The notes under the pieces were generated by a model. The model was not told the origin of the DNA. It was given only the letters and a program-made list of their open reading frames with translations, and made no database searches. Of a DNA stretch of 64,000 bases, positions 49,887 to 63,710 are shown piece by piece (positions within the stretch are counted from its first letter, which is position 1; each line of letters opens with the position of its first letter). The stretch comes from Ginglymostoma cirratum (Eukaryota). The stretch lies in the NCBI GenBank assembly GCA_024137785.1, contig JAHRHZ010000223.1:15734967-15798966 (forward strand). Reading direction: 5' to 3'. Made by a program: the position numbers and the translations under genes.

Positions 49887-50540
49887 TGATTATCAGCCTG
49901 TGAATCCTGCCAGTAGTCCTGATGGCAGGCACTAAGAGTGGGTGACTTTCCTAGTTAAATATCCTGCAGAAGGCAATGGGAAACTACTCCTGTACTTTTC
50001 CCATTACTACAGACTAATTGAATGAGATGTTTGTGGCCTAACCTTCGGAAATGAGGGCATCACGGAAAGAACCCACTTGGATTATGTCAATGCAGTCTTA
50101 ATGGAAAGCACATGGAAGGTGCTTTTAATTCAGCACAAAGCAGTCTCTCCATTCAAAAGGACAAGTGGATAGCTGTTTTGAGGAACAAAAAACTACTACA
50201 CTGCTGCAGTACAAGTGTGAAACACACTATCCGGGCAAAGCAAAAACGGTTTTCTGGGCCTAGTTGTGTTATGTATGGGAGGTTTTGATGTGGCACTTGA
50301 TAACTGAGATAGAGAAGGTTTCATTTTTGTCACATGAAAATCACCACGACAAGCATAACTCATTACAAAAACAACAAAACTGATCTAAATTTTCTCATAA
50401 ACTGCTTGTTGCTACGTGCTGGAATGCACAAATGCTCTTCCATAAGAGAGTAAAACAGTTGATGGAGTTTATTGATTGCTCAGTCAGTTCATGCAAGAGT
50501 CTCTCTCCCTCTTTCTCTTGCCGTTTTTGAGCAGGACAAA

Positions 50541-50564
50541 TGACCCTGACCCTGACCCAGACCC
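50541..50564. repeat. (TGACCC)3 AGACCC hexamer array
   Basis: Read directly; it is GGGTCA repeats on the minus strand. Confidence 0.85.
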
Positions 50565-51794
50565 AGTGCTAAATGACCACGTTGGAAGCAAAACTTTTTA
50601 GTTGTGAGCACTGACACCCTTGCAAGTCCAAAATTGATTAAATGAAAACAAAGGTAACAGCATGGCTAGAATAAGAGGCTGCCAACATTATGCAGCCTGA
50701 CTCGGTATGGGCACAAAACAGACTACAAAGGCCAAGGGGATCAGCAAGTCTGTCAGCACTCACCCACATTCTATGACCAGCTGTGAGGGATATATTTAAA
50801 TGTCTACTCCTCAGATTTGATTGTGGTTGGTTAGGTTGTGTTGACTTAACTTTTTGTTTTTCTTTCACCCACAGGATGGTATCAAACTGGTTGTGTAAAG
50901 AACAACAAACTTCAACGATAACCTAAATCCTTATTATGAAAACAATGATACAAGCAGCTATGTTTGTGTTGAACTTATGGCATAATGTTGATATATACGT
51001 TCTTAATATTGCATATGTGAATTCCTTATAATTCGTTCCAATCTTATGTAACATTGTAATCATGATTAAAGTTCTGCAAATATAACACACCAAAAGGAAG
51101 TGTCTGTTGTGATTATCTGCTAATTATTATTTATTTTCAACTGCTCTTCAATGGCTCTAAATTTCTTAAAGTAGCTGCTAATATTGATTAGATGGTAGGG
51201 TGTGGGGACGCGTTGGTGCAGCCATTTAAATGTTTCCCACACTTACTGGAGAGTTTATTGCCACCAATTGATATACAGTTCAAATTCACATGTAAAAGCT
51301 TTGTCATGCTCTACTTTTGAGGAAATAATGCAAAGTTAACTCCTGCCAAGTTTGACATGGATACTTTGTTTGAGTAGATTCACAATCACGCTTCCCTCGT
51401 CTGCGCATCACTGAGCCTGTAATGGTGCTTGCTGTATTAGTCCTATTGTCTCACCAACATTAACAAAAACCACTATAAGAGGAGACTGAAAAAACAAAAT
51501 TTCGATGTAGATCATGTGAATTTAGGGAACACAGACAACGTTTAATTTTCAATGATATTCATGTTTAAGCCATTACGTAAGTTTGTTCAACTTCATGGAA
51601 TCTCCTTTCGAGCATTTGATACAAGATAGACTGCTGCCTTGTCCATAAAATATATAAAGACTGCACTTTCATTAAACTTCTGGAGAGGAAGAAGTGTCAG
51701 CACTTTTTTCTATCCCTTCAGCTTTTGCAATGTCTTTTTTTGTCAGGCTCTGACAGCTACAACATGAACAATTTTCTTTGAAATTAATACTTGG

Positions 51795-52090
51795 CATGTG
51801 GGTGTCGCTGGGAGAGCTGGCATTTATTGCCCATTCCTACTTTCCCAGTGAGGGAGGAGCTGGGCCACCTTCTTGAACTGCTGAAGGTTTGTTATTCTTT
51901 GCAGCGGCTCGATAACATCAAGTGGTTTACTTGGCCATTTCAGAGGGCAGCTAAGAGTCAACCACATTAGTGCATAACTGAAGTAACAGATAGGTCGGAC
52001 CGGATAATGACAGCAGGTTTCCTTCCCTAAAAGACCTTATTGAACCAGCTGGACTTTTATAATTATCTAATAACTTCATTGTCACTTCTG
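51795..52090 (-). mobile_element. Second SINE family, degenerate 3' part
   Basis: gcatttattgccc...ccttcttgaactgctg...aagagtcaaccacatt is the reverse complement of the 23315 core and tail. Confidence 0.65.
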
Positions 52091-52174
52091 TCTTCACTGA
52101 TACCAGCTTTTAAAATTGCCAGATTTTTAATACGACCCACTCTATCTGTACAAACAATATCGTGATCTCATCTT

Positions 52175-54570
52175 GAACATATAAATTAGGAGCAACAGTA
52201 GACCATTCGGCCCCTCGAGCCTGCTCTGCAATTCAACAAAGTCATTTCTAATCTGATCGTATTCTCAAATCCACATTCCCACCTAACCCCAATACCTTTT
52301 GACTCTTATTGATCAAGTAGATATTTACTTCTGCTTAAAAAGTATTCAATGACCCTGCCTCCACCGCTCTCAAGAGAAGAGGGATCCGAAGACTCACAAC
52401 CGTGTGAGAGAAAAATAAGATCCCCCAAATTTCTGTCTTAAATGGGAGGCTCCTTATTTTTAAATTGCATCCCAATATTTTAATCCCTCTCACATGGGGA
52501 GATGGCCTTAAAATACCCGCCTGTCAAGTCCTGTTGAACCTATATCAATATGCTTGCCCGTCATACTTCTAAACCCCTAAGGATATAGGCCCAACCAGTC
52601 TGAATTTTCCTCAAAACATAGCAGCCTCATCCCAGGTGTCAGCCACATGAACTTTCTCTACACTGCTTCTAATGCATTTACGTTCTTAAATATGGAGATC
52701 AAAATGGTACACAGTCCTCTGGATGTGATGTTACCAACATTCTGCACAACTGTGGCAAAACATCCCTACTTCTTTATCCCATTCCTGTTGCAATAATCAA
52801 CATTTCATTTATCTTCATAATTCCTTGTCTACCTGCATACTAAGCTTTGGGTGAGTCACGTACCAGGATACCCAGGACCCTACGTAATCTCAGAATTCTG
52901 CAATTTCTCTTCACTTAAGTAATATGTTGCTTTTCTAATATGACTGTCAAAGTGGCTAAGTTCATATTTTCCCACATTTTAAAATTCACTGATGGGATGC
53001 GTGCTTCACTGGTAGGGCCAACATTTATTGCCCAACTCTAATTGCTGACTGCTTATGTTCTCTTCACAACTTACTTTACTACCTGTCTTGTTTTGATCAG
53101 TAAATTAAATTCAGTTCCTTCATCTGTTGTTTACATTAGTTGTAAATAACTGGGGTTCCAACAGTGATCCCTGAGGCACAACACAAGTCACACCCCAAAA
53201 AAGACCCATTTATGTCCACTCTCTCCTTCCTATTAGCCAACCAATACTTTATCCACGCTAGTCTGTTACCCCTTACACCACGAGCCTTACTTTGCATAGA
53301 AGCCTTTGATTTTACACTATGTCAAATGCCTTCTGGCCATCTAAGTGCAGTACTGATTCACCATATCCATGTTGCTCGTTCCTCAAAAAACTCTAATAAA
53401 TCACTCAAACATGATTTCCCTTTTACTGATCCACATCCTGTCTGATTGCATTGAGATTTCTTATGAGCCTGATATAATGGATTCCACTATACCTCTACGA
53501 CAGATGTTAGGCTAATTGACCTATAATTTCCACTTTCTGTCTTCCTCTTTTGTTAATTGAAGAGTCATATTGTTATTTCCCAACTTGATGAGATCTGCTT
53601 AGAATCTAGAGAATTTTGGAAAATTCAGGCCAATGCATCTGCAAATTCAGCAGTCATTGGAATACCTTAGGTTGAGTCCAATAGGATAGGGGCTTGTCAG
53701 ATATTACTTCTAATAATGTTTTCAGCAGCATTTCCCCGATGATTGTAATTATTTTAAGTTGGTCACTCCTTTCTATATTCTGATTCTGAGAAGTTATTTG
53801 CATCAACTACAGTGAAGACAGATTGCACATATCCATTCAGTTTATCTTCGCATGTCCACTATTAATTCCCCAGCCTCACTCTCTAGAAGACTTACTATTT
53901 TCGTATTTAAATACCTATAGAAACTCTTATGATCTGTTTTTCTATTTCCAGCTAGCTTTCTCTCACCTCCCCATTCCCCACCCTTATCACTCATTTAGTC
54001 ATTCTTTGCAGTTCATGGAATCAGTCCAATCTTCGAGTCTGCTACTCATTTTTGTGTAACCTGGTGCTTTTTCTTTCAGTTTGATACCAACTTTAACTTC
54101 CTAAACTAGTCGCAAGTGGTAATGTCCACCAATAGGAACAGATTCATCCTCTCTATATTTCCCTCACCAACCCCATCTTCCCTTAAGCAGAAGTCTCAGT
54201 TACATGCAGAGATTAGTGATATTGAAGTTATCATCCTTGAAACCATTATCATGAATGTTTTACTGCACCCTCTCCAATATCTTCACATCATTCCTAAAAT
54301 GAGGTGCCCATAGCTGGGTGCAGTGCTCTGGTTGAGACCAGTCCAGTCTTTTATACAGGTTCAACATAATTCCCTGCTGATGAAGTCCAGGATGCTGAAT
54401 GCTTCATTGACTGCTCTCTCAACTTGTCCTGCTGCGTTCAATGATTTATGCACATGTACACCCAAGTCCCTTTGCTTCAACATCCTCTCTGAATTGTATC
54501 CTTTATTTTATAGTAATCGTCTATATTTACTGACCAAAATGAATCACTTCAGATATCTCTGCTTTACATT
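52175..54570 (-). mobile_element. Old degenerate CR1 fragments
   Basis: 3' tail ggagcaacagtagaccattcggcccctcgagcc and reverse-strand RT remnants (tggggttccaacagtgatccctgaggcac, GVPQGS-like). Confidence 0.65.
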
Positions 54571-54574
54571 TCTT

Positions 54575-57500
54575 CAACCAAATTGGCTTGATGGTAGGAG
54601 ACAGAGGGTGGTGGTGAAGGGTTTGTGTTTTAGACTGGAAACCTGTGGCCAATGGTGCTCCACAGGGGTTGGTGCTGGGTCCACGGTTGTTTGTCCTTTA
54701 TGTCAACAACTTGGCTGAAAATTTAAAGGTGTGGTTACTACATTTGTGGATGACACCAAAATCTAAGATTGCAAAGGGATCTTGATCAATTGGGCCAATG
54801 GACTGAGGAGTAGTAGATGGAGTTTAAGAACAAAGAACAATACAGCACAGAAACAGCCCTACAGCCCTCCATGCCTGCAATGAAACATTTTGCCTTTCCA
54901 TACTAAAACTGTCTTCACCTATAAAATCTGTATCCCTCTATTCCCTTCTTATTCATTTATTCGTCCAGGTGTTTCTTGAATGCTGCTTTTGCATCTGCTT
55001 CAACCACCTCCTCCAGCAGCATGTTCCAGGCACTCCTTTGTGTGAAAAACTTGCCTCGCACATCTCTTTTAAACTACCCCCCCCCCTCCTCCCGCCGACA
55101 CCTTGAAACTGTGTCCCCTAGTAATGGACTCCTCCACCCTCGAATAAAGCCTCATACTCTCTACTCTATACATGCCATTCACAAACTTATAAACTTCTAT
55201 TAGGTCGCCGCTCAACCTCCTGCATCCCAGTCTATCCAAGCTTTCTTCATAGTCAATGTCCCTATACCAGGCAACATCCTGGTAAACCTTTTCTGTGCCC
55301 TCTCCAAAGCATCCACATCCTTCTGGTGATCAGAACTGTATGCAATATTCCAAGCGTGACCTAACGGAAGTTCTACAAAGTTGCAGCATAACTTGTCCAT
55401 CCTTACACTCAATACCCCTTCCAATGAAGGCAAGCATACCATAGGCCTTTTTTTACTGCCTCATCTATCTGTGCTGCCTTCAGTGATCTGAGGACTTGCA
55501 CACCCAGATCCCTCTGCGTATCAATGCTCCTAAGGGTTCTGCCATTCACTGTAACAATTTCTAACCATACTTGACCTTCCAAAATGCATCACCTCATATT
55601 TGTCTGGATTAAACTCCATCTGCCATTTGTCTGCCCATGCCTCCAACTGATCTATATCCTCTAACAATCCTCCTCACTATCCGCAACACCAATCTTTGTA
55701 TTGTTCGCAAACTTACTAATTAGACCAGCTATACTTTCCTCCAGATCATTTATGAAGACCACAAACAGCAGAGGTCCCAGCACTGATCCCTGTGGGACAC
55801 CACTAGTCACAGCCCTCCATTCCAAAAAGCATCCTTCCACTGCTACCCTCTGTTTCCTTTGACTAAGCTAGTTCTGTATCTATCTTGTCGGCTCACCCCG
55901 GATATAATGTGACCTCACCTTTTGTACCAGCCTGCCATGAGGGACCTTGTCAAAGGCTTTACTGAAGTCGATGCAGACAATGTCAACGGCTTCTCCCTCA
56001 ATCACCTTTGCCACCTCCTCAAAAGACTTGATCAAGTTAGTGAGGCATGACCTCCCTGCACAAAGCCATGCTGTTTATTGCTAATAAGTCAATTTACTTC
56101 TAAATGTGTATAGATCTTGTCCCTGAGAATCTTTTCCAATAATTTTCCTATCAATGACATGAGTATACAGGGCTGTAATTTCCAGGATTATCCCTGCTAC
56201 CTTTCTTAAACAATGGGACAACATTGGCTATTCTCCAGTGCTCTGGGACCTCACCTGTGGCCAAAGAGGATACAAAGATGCCTGTCAATGCTCCAGCAAT
56301 TTGTTCTTGTCTCCTTCAATATTCTGTGATAGATCCCATCAGGACCTGGGGACTAAATAGATTTTAAGACACACAACACCTCTTCCTTTTTAATCGCAAC
56401 TTGGCTTAGAGGTTCCCCGAGATCATCCTCCACCAATTCCTTCTCTTTGGTAAATATTGACACAAAGTTTTGCTTAGGAGCTCACCCACCTCCCCTGGCT
56501 CTACACGCAGATTCCCTCTTTTGTCCTTGAGTGGGCCAACCCTTTCCCTGGCTACCCTCTTGCTTTTTATATATGTACAAGAAGCATTAGGATTCTCCTT
56601 AATCCTGTTTGCTAATGACTTTTCATGACCCCTTCTAGCCCTTCTAGTTCCTTGTTTAAGTTCTTTCCTACTGTCCTTATATACTTCAAAGGCTTTGTTA
56701 GTTCCCACTCTCCAAGACCTTATGTACACTTCACTTTTCTTTTTGACCAAGGTCATGACATCCCTGGACATCGAAGATTCATGTAACTTGCCATACCAGC
56801 CTTCATTCTCGCAGGAACATGCCACTCCTGAACTCTTAGTAACTTCTGTTTGAAGACCTCCCACATGTCTGATGTGGATTTACTCTCAAACAGCCGTCTG
56901 GAAACAATATTCTCCAGTTCCTGCCTAATATTGTTGTAGAGCGTCTTCCCCTAATTTAACACCTTCACCCAAGGACTGCTGTTACCCTGATCCAAGTATA
57001 TCTTAAAACTCTCAGTATTATGGTCACTACTCCCAAAACGCGGTCCCACCGAAAGTTCACTCACCTGGCTGGTTTGGATTAACTTGGATAAATGCGAGGT
57101 ATTGCATTTGGTAAACAGAACAAGGGGAGGACTGAGACAGTTAATGGTAGGGCCCTGAGTACTGTTGTTGAATAGAGAGACATGGTGGTGGTGGTTGGAT
57201 GAAACAGTACATGGTCCTTTGAATGCTGCGTCACAAGTAGACAGGGTGGTTAAGCACGCTTGACTTCATTGCTCAGACAATGGAGTAGAGGAGTTGGAAT
57301 GTCACGTTGAGGTCATATATAGGATGTTGGTGAGGCTACTTTGGAGTACTGTTCTGGTCACCTGCTATAGGAAGGACATTATTAACTGGAGAGGGTTCAG
57401 AAATGATTTTCAAGGATGTTGCCAGGAATGGAGTGTCTGAGTTGCAGGGAGAAACCGGATAGTCTGGTACCTCTTTCCTTGGAGTGTAGAAGTTTGAGGG

Positions 57501-57845
57501 GTGACCTTATAGAGATTTATAAAATCATGAGGGGCATAGATAAAGGTGAATAGCAAAGGTCTTTTCTCGAAGGTGGAGGAGTTCAAAAGTATGGGGCATA
57601 TTTTAAGGTTAGAGGAGAAAGATTCAAAACAGACCTGAGGGACAACTTTTTCACATAGGGGATGGTAAGCAAGGTGAATTGGTAGATGCAGGTACAGCTG
57701 CAACATTTAAACAGGTACATGAATAGGAAAGATTTATAGGGATATGGACCAAACGTGGGCAAGTGAGACTTGTTTAGTTTGGGAAACTTGGTCGGCATGG
57801 ACAAGTTGGACCGAAGGGTCTGTTTCCATATTATATGATTCTATA
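54575..57845 (+). mobile_element. CR1 RT plus 3' end (54575-54825 and 57076-57845) split by an antisense CR1
   Basis: NWLDGRRQRVVV...gatggagtttaa resumes after the insert as ...gataaatgcgaggtattgcatttgg (KCEVLH). Confidence 0.75.
54826..57075 (-). mobile_element. CR1 LINE, 5'-truncated, nested in the opposite orientation
   Basis: ANRIKENPNASCTYIKSKRVARERVGPLKD and QKDVDALERAQKRFTRMLPG, with the tail gaacaaagaacaa at its left end. Confidence 0.85.
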
Positions 57846-58534
57846 CCACTTGCCCACCCATTCCACCAGTCTATATTTTACTTGGGGTTCTATACAATAC
57901 TCCTCACAGTTTATACTATCAAGTTTCATATCAAGCACACATTTTGAAACTGTGCCCTGGTCTAATTCATGAATGTACATAAGGAAGGGCAGCAGTCCTT
58001 ACACTGACACCTGGGAAACTCCACCATAAACCTTCCTCCATTATGAAAAACAACAGTGTAACTTTTCCTGCCAATTTTGTATCCATATTGCTACTGTCCA
58101 TTGCATTCCACAAACACTGACTTAGCTCACAAATCCATTTTGCGGCACGTTATTAATGTCTTTCTGAAGTCGTCACATCACATCATAAGCATTATGTCAT
58201 TAAGCCTCTCTATTCCCCATCAAATGTCTCGAGCAAGTTAAACAAACAAGGCTTTCAATTAAATCCATGCTGGCTTTGCTTAACGGACCTAAAATTTGCC
58301 ACATGACTACTTATTTTTTCTCCAATTATCACTCAATATTCAATGGATGTGAATGGATCTCACTATAGGCTGGAGAACATGAGAGGCCTGTGTCACCTCT
58401 TTTAGGGAAGACCCAAGATATTTAAGTGCCAATTATGCATTTAACAATAGGCTGGCCCTGGGGGACAGCTTTCTGTGGGCCCCTATTTCTTGTTTGGTCA
58501 TTCATTGGCTGGCAGGATCACTGGTTAGCTCAGC

Positions 58535-59140
58535 ACTAATTGCCCACCTCTAAACGGTCATTGAGAAGACAATGGTGAGCATTCTTGAACATCTGTAGTA
58601 TATGTGGTATAGGTACACGCACAGTGCTGTTGTGGAGCAAGTTCCTGGATTTTGACGAAGTGATAGTGAAGAAGAGGTGGTACAATCCTGTCAGGATGGT
58701 GTGCGACCTGGAGGGGAAATTGGCACTCCAATGCATTTGCCCTTGCCCATTTAGGTGTTGAGGTCGTGGGTTTGAAAGTTACTGCCAATGTAGCCTGCTG
58801 AGTTCCAAGGTGCATCTTATTGATGGCACACACTGCTGCCATTGTGTATCAGTACTGAAGGGAGTGAAAATTTTAAGGTCTGGATGAAATGCCATTCAAG
58901 TGAGCTGCTTTGTCTCAGATGATATTGAGCTGCTTTGGTGCTGGTGAAGCACACTCAGTCAAATGAAGGGTATCCTATCACACTCTTTGTAGAATGGCAG
59001 ACATGGGCAGTCAGGAGTTGAGTTACTTGTAGCAGAACTCCTAGCTTCATACCAGCTCTTGTAGACACAGTGATTCTATATCGGATGCAGTTCAACTTCT
59101 GGTCACTGGTGACCTCCAAGACGTTGACAATACCAGGTCC
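58535..59140 (-). mobile_element. Non-LTR retrotransposon 3' fragment (family whose tail matches the second SINE family)
   Basis: The minus strand has aaaatccaggaacttgctccaca...gatgttcaagaatgctcacc...gggcaattag and LEVTSDQKLN. Confidence 0.55.
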
Positions 59141-60145
59141 TTCGATCAAGCACCAAGAGCCTTTAATGTTCCCCTTTCACCCAATTCACTGTGGAGGAGA
59201 GCATTAAATTCAGCTTCCCTACCACCAGGGTTAAAATGACCTCTCTGCAGTTGCTGGGCTGGAACATACCACCTCTATTTTGTAATATTTTCAAATCTCC
59301 AGTCCTCTGGTACAACCACTGAATTTATTACAGGTTGGAAAATGATGGCCACTCCCTCTGCAATTTCACTTTCGCTTCCTTCCATATCCTTGGCGCATAT
59401 CATCTCGTCCTTTTTTTAAAATTAACTTTAAGTAAACAGCCGGTTTAACAATGCCTCCTTCTCGATGTTATTCCTTCCAATATCTGGTATTAAGTCATTA
59501 AGAAGGCCTGACATTAAAATTAAATCAAAAAGCATTGGAATGATTTTGCAAATAATTATTGTGTAGAACAGTAGAATGGGGGGAGTAGTGTTAAAAATAA
59601 AGAACAGGGCAGGATGGATAGCTTCAAATAGTCACAGTTTTAAATAAGAAGTAGTCGGTTAGAATATAAAAGTCAACTAAAAATTATTTCAACTAATAGT
59701 TCTTTTAGGTGCAATAGGCTTCCTTGTACCACTAACGTCCTTTAGAAAAGGAAACTATCATCCTTACCTTGTCTGGTCTACATGTGATGCCAAACCCAAA
59801 GTAATGTGGCTGACTCTTAAGTGCCCTCTGGGTTGTCAGGGCTCGGTAATAAATGCTGGTCTAGCCAGTAATACCCTCATCTAATGAGTGAATTTAAAAA
59901 AGTCCAAGAACTCAACTGAATGGATTAACTCAAAATCTTTACTTTCATCTACTAACTAAATTGTACATTATTCCAGAGAAAATTAAATGACAAATATGAG
60001 CTCAGTCTTCTAAAATTAGTGAAAACAACAAGCAAGGTTTTGTAACGATTTGCCTCGAATGAATCTGACATGAGAACTTGAAATTTAAGAGACAAATATA
60101 AGGGTTATTAAATGTAAAGCTGGCAAGACTTCAAAGTGGTTTTAC

Positions 60146-60249
60146 CTTGAAATTAGGAATTCTGTGATGAACGGGTCTTGGGAAGTTTGCCAAATTGTTT
60201 GCTTCCATATAATCCCAAACTTTCTGGCGAATGTCCCACTTGGAGACAC
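60146..60249 (-). CDS. MTHFSD: MTHFSD exon 2 (104 nt; phase 1 in, phase 0 out)
   Basis: Acceptor ttttctag|GT, donor AAG|gtaaaa. Translates (G)[34 protein letters not shown]; [13 protein letters not shown] is the MTHFSD N-terminal signature. Confidence 0.95.
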
Positions 60250-62269
60250 CTAGAAAAAAATTTTTGAAGATTTTCAGGTCCGATATATCATTTCAGAAAT
60301 AATATAACTGTCTTATCTTTGTCACTGTTAGAGACAAAGTAGTTCACAATCATGACACGCAGAATTTACACACCATGACTCAGAGAGGAGGCAGAATGTA
60401 AATACGTGATTCAGGTAGACAATACAGTTTTTACTGCTGCTTCATAATCTGCTGTACTTTAGTAGATGGAAATTTGATTATTTGCACTTAATTTTGAAAA
60501 GTTCATTTTTAGTCAATGATTAAAAAGAAAATTAGACACTGACCAGGATGGCTTTCTTAAACATTTTCTGCTTATCACAATCTTTCAAAGTATAAATTCA
60601 ATTAAAATCAAAATGAAACACTTTTTTTTGTACTTACAACCATGATTGCTACTCTGCAGATGATAATCATTTTTTAATGCAATGTTGTGCTCACTGAACT
60701 ATTTCCCAGCATCATTTCACCCAGTCTATTTCCAAGTATAATCTTTTCTTCTCTTCCATCACATATTTTATACGAACCTAAAAGTCTAGTGAATTTACAG
60801 TCAAAGGCTGAAAATTAATTCCAGAATTTTTTTGGATGTTCATAATCCAGAACAATCTCTAGGAGCTCCATTCTCACGCACAATAGTATGATCTAAATCC
60901 CATGACTGAATGCAAGTCCATTGCATTCATTATGTACAGGCTGTGCTATGCGAAGATATCAGAAGCAGAAAGCTTGACATCTCATTACTTGCATTTACAA
61001 ACATAAGGAACACTCCAGGTAACATCAAATCAACACAGCATCATCTATCAACATGTCTAACGCACTTTTTAACTTTTTAATTATTACCTGCAAGCGAGAA
61101 ATTTGAAAACAGAATATTTTATTCTTCTTGATTGGTCTTTATTGAAATCAGAATATTAACTATATTATGTTGTTCGATAATTACTGGATGTCTTTCCAAT
61201 ACTGTAAGTAAGTGTTCATATTTTTCATTTGTTTAATTTGCAAGTTCTGTCTTACTTGCCTCGTAAAGATTTCTTGGATGGTCCATATATTTTAATTAAT
61301 ATAAATCATTAATTTCCTGCTTTCTCTCAGCTCTGTTCAAATTTGTTTAAGCAAGACTTACTGCACCAATTGGTCAAACAGATTTTAAGTAAGAAGTATG
61401 AAATATGAATGCCAGCTGCAACATGCAGTCACAATCCCTCAACTTGAGTAATGTTCTGTTGAGCCAATGCTTTAAATAATCATCAACATTCAACACTTTT
61501 ATTGCATAAACATTGTAAAATATTGGAAATATCGTGCAATGGAGCTTTTGTATGAGAGAAAAATTACAGAACAAATGAGTTGGGTAACTTTAAAAATTCC
61601 ACTTGATTTGGACTGTCATAATAATATGACAACCTTAACAATTTAAACAAAAAACAATTCTGAAACATGATCCATTGATAGGTATATTAACATTTTTTTT
61701 CAAATAAAAATATCCCCAAATGCTCTTAAAGATTCTGACCAATATTCTGCTCTTATATTTGCTTTCCTTTATTACTGGCATGGATTTCAAATTACGTACT
61801 GCTCAGTAAAATTTGTCAAGGCTCATGTCTGTGAATTTTCATCTCGCTTGGCAAAATATCTGTAAATCAGGCAGCCTGCAAAACATTTATACCATTACAA
61901 GTTAACACGCTAATACACCTTCTCCGGTTGTATTTCTCCCACCAACTGAATTCACCATCTTTTCAAGGTTTTCTGGCAGAGATGCAGGGTCAGAACCTGT
62001 TACTTCAATGCATGGGGAACTCGGTGTTGCCCCTCAATAAATACTCCATACCAGTTACCCAGGGGCACACAGCAGAAGCTGTTTCACCCAACACTTTTGG
62101 CAGAAACATGTACTTTGATACCAGGAACTTTACAACACAAATTAAATATGTTTCTAAATGAACAGATTAAAATATGCTATTTTGTTTGTAATTTTGATCT
62201 CCATTAAAGGTATCTTGATAATACGACTTTGTGAGGAAGAGGAGGAGTAAGCGGTCCATAGGGCTGCTC

Positions 62270-62450
62270 AGTTGTCAGAGAGAGAGATGACTGGTGGTGA
62301 GTTTAAACTGAGGGTCACATGCATCAGGAGACAGGCGAGGTTAAGAGAGAGAGTCCTTCATGGTATCCTCAGCCAGTGTAGGAATAGAACCCACACTGTT
62401 GGTGTCACTCTGCATTGCAAACAATTTGTCCAACCATTTGAGCTAACCAA
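62270..62450 (-). mobile_element. Third SINE family copy
   Basis: Homologous to 20790-20975. Confidence 0.6.
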
Positions 62451-63371
62451 CCCCCATCCAGGTATTGTAAATTCATGAGTAATACCATGCAAGATCCACT
62501 ACTCCCAAAGATGTAGAGATTGAGCACAACAGCATGATTTGAACTCATTTCAGATCATATCTATAAATTGCACACTTCTCTCATCAGTTTAATCCTTAGG
62601 TTAATTTTAAAAACAGACATGCATTCAGCACCAGTGGCTTAAACAAGACAAACCATCTGTATAAACCATGAATAAGGTATAATACCTATGATTAGTAGAG
62701 TCAGTTTGCATGAAATGACTCATCTCCCATTTGGTCTCTTTCTACAGGTACAGGACAGATGCAAAAATAAAGATTATTTTGAGCTATTTATCAGCGGGAT
62801 TTACAAAGTGTCCTGAGTCAGTGCCAGGCTACTAACAGCCGTCTTTTTCAGATTTAAGTTCGACGAGTGAAGATATAAGGTTTCAAAACTATCACCCAGA
62901 TGCTGCGCAGGGAAATAGTAACAGAAATTTTTGAAAAAACTATCGAGGAGCTCAAAGTTCGGAACTGTCTTCCAACTCCTTTTATCAAACAGAATTGCAT
63001 CATAGAGGCCATTCAGCCCAGTACTTTCAAAGAACTATCTAATTAGTCCCACATATTTTTGTCCGTTTTCAGTTGTTCATCTAATTCACTTTTGACAATT
63101 ATTGTTGAATATGCTTACACCATCCTCACAGACAGATGATTTCCTGGTCACAGCAACTCAGTACAAATCAGAACATTATTATTTCTCCTCTGGTTCTTTT
63201 GCTAATTGCCTTCAATCCCTGTCCTTGCTTTACTTAACCTGCTGCCACTGGAAATAGTTTCTCCTTATTTACGACATCAAAAACCACCATCATTTTAAAA
63301 CTCTCTTCAATTTTTCCATAAACCTTTCCAGGTCCACAGCTTAATCTTCTCTTGACTCTGTGCATAATTAA

Positions 63372-63710
63372 TCAATACAATACAATACAGCACAGCGCAG
63401 CGCAGGAAATGCCCTTCAGCCGATCAAGGCTGCACTGATTCTAATCCTTATTTAGACCTGCTAAATATCGTCCTTGTGCGATTTCTATCCCTCTGTTCAC
63501 CTCCCAATCATATGTCTATCAAGATACGCCGTAAACGTTGCTAATGTGCCTGCTTCCACCACCTCCACTGGCAGTGCATTCCAAGCACCCACCACCCTTT
63601 ATGTGGAAAACTTTCCATGCACTTCTCCCCTAAACCTACCCCTCTCACCTTGAACTTGTACCCTCTTGTAGTTGACCTTTCCACCCTGGGGAAAAAGCCT
63701 CTAACTATCC
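63372..63710 (-). mobile_element. CR1 LINE 3' end
   Basis: GFFPRVERSTTRGYKFKVRG with a (caata)n/(cagca)n tail. Confidence 0.8.
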
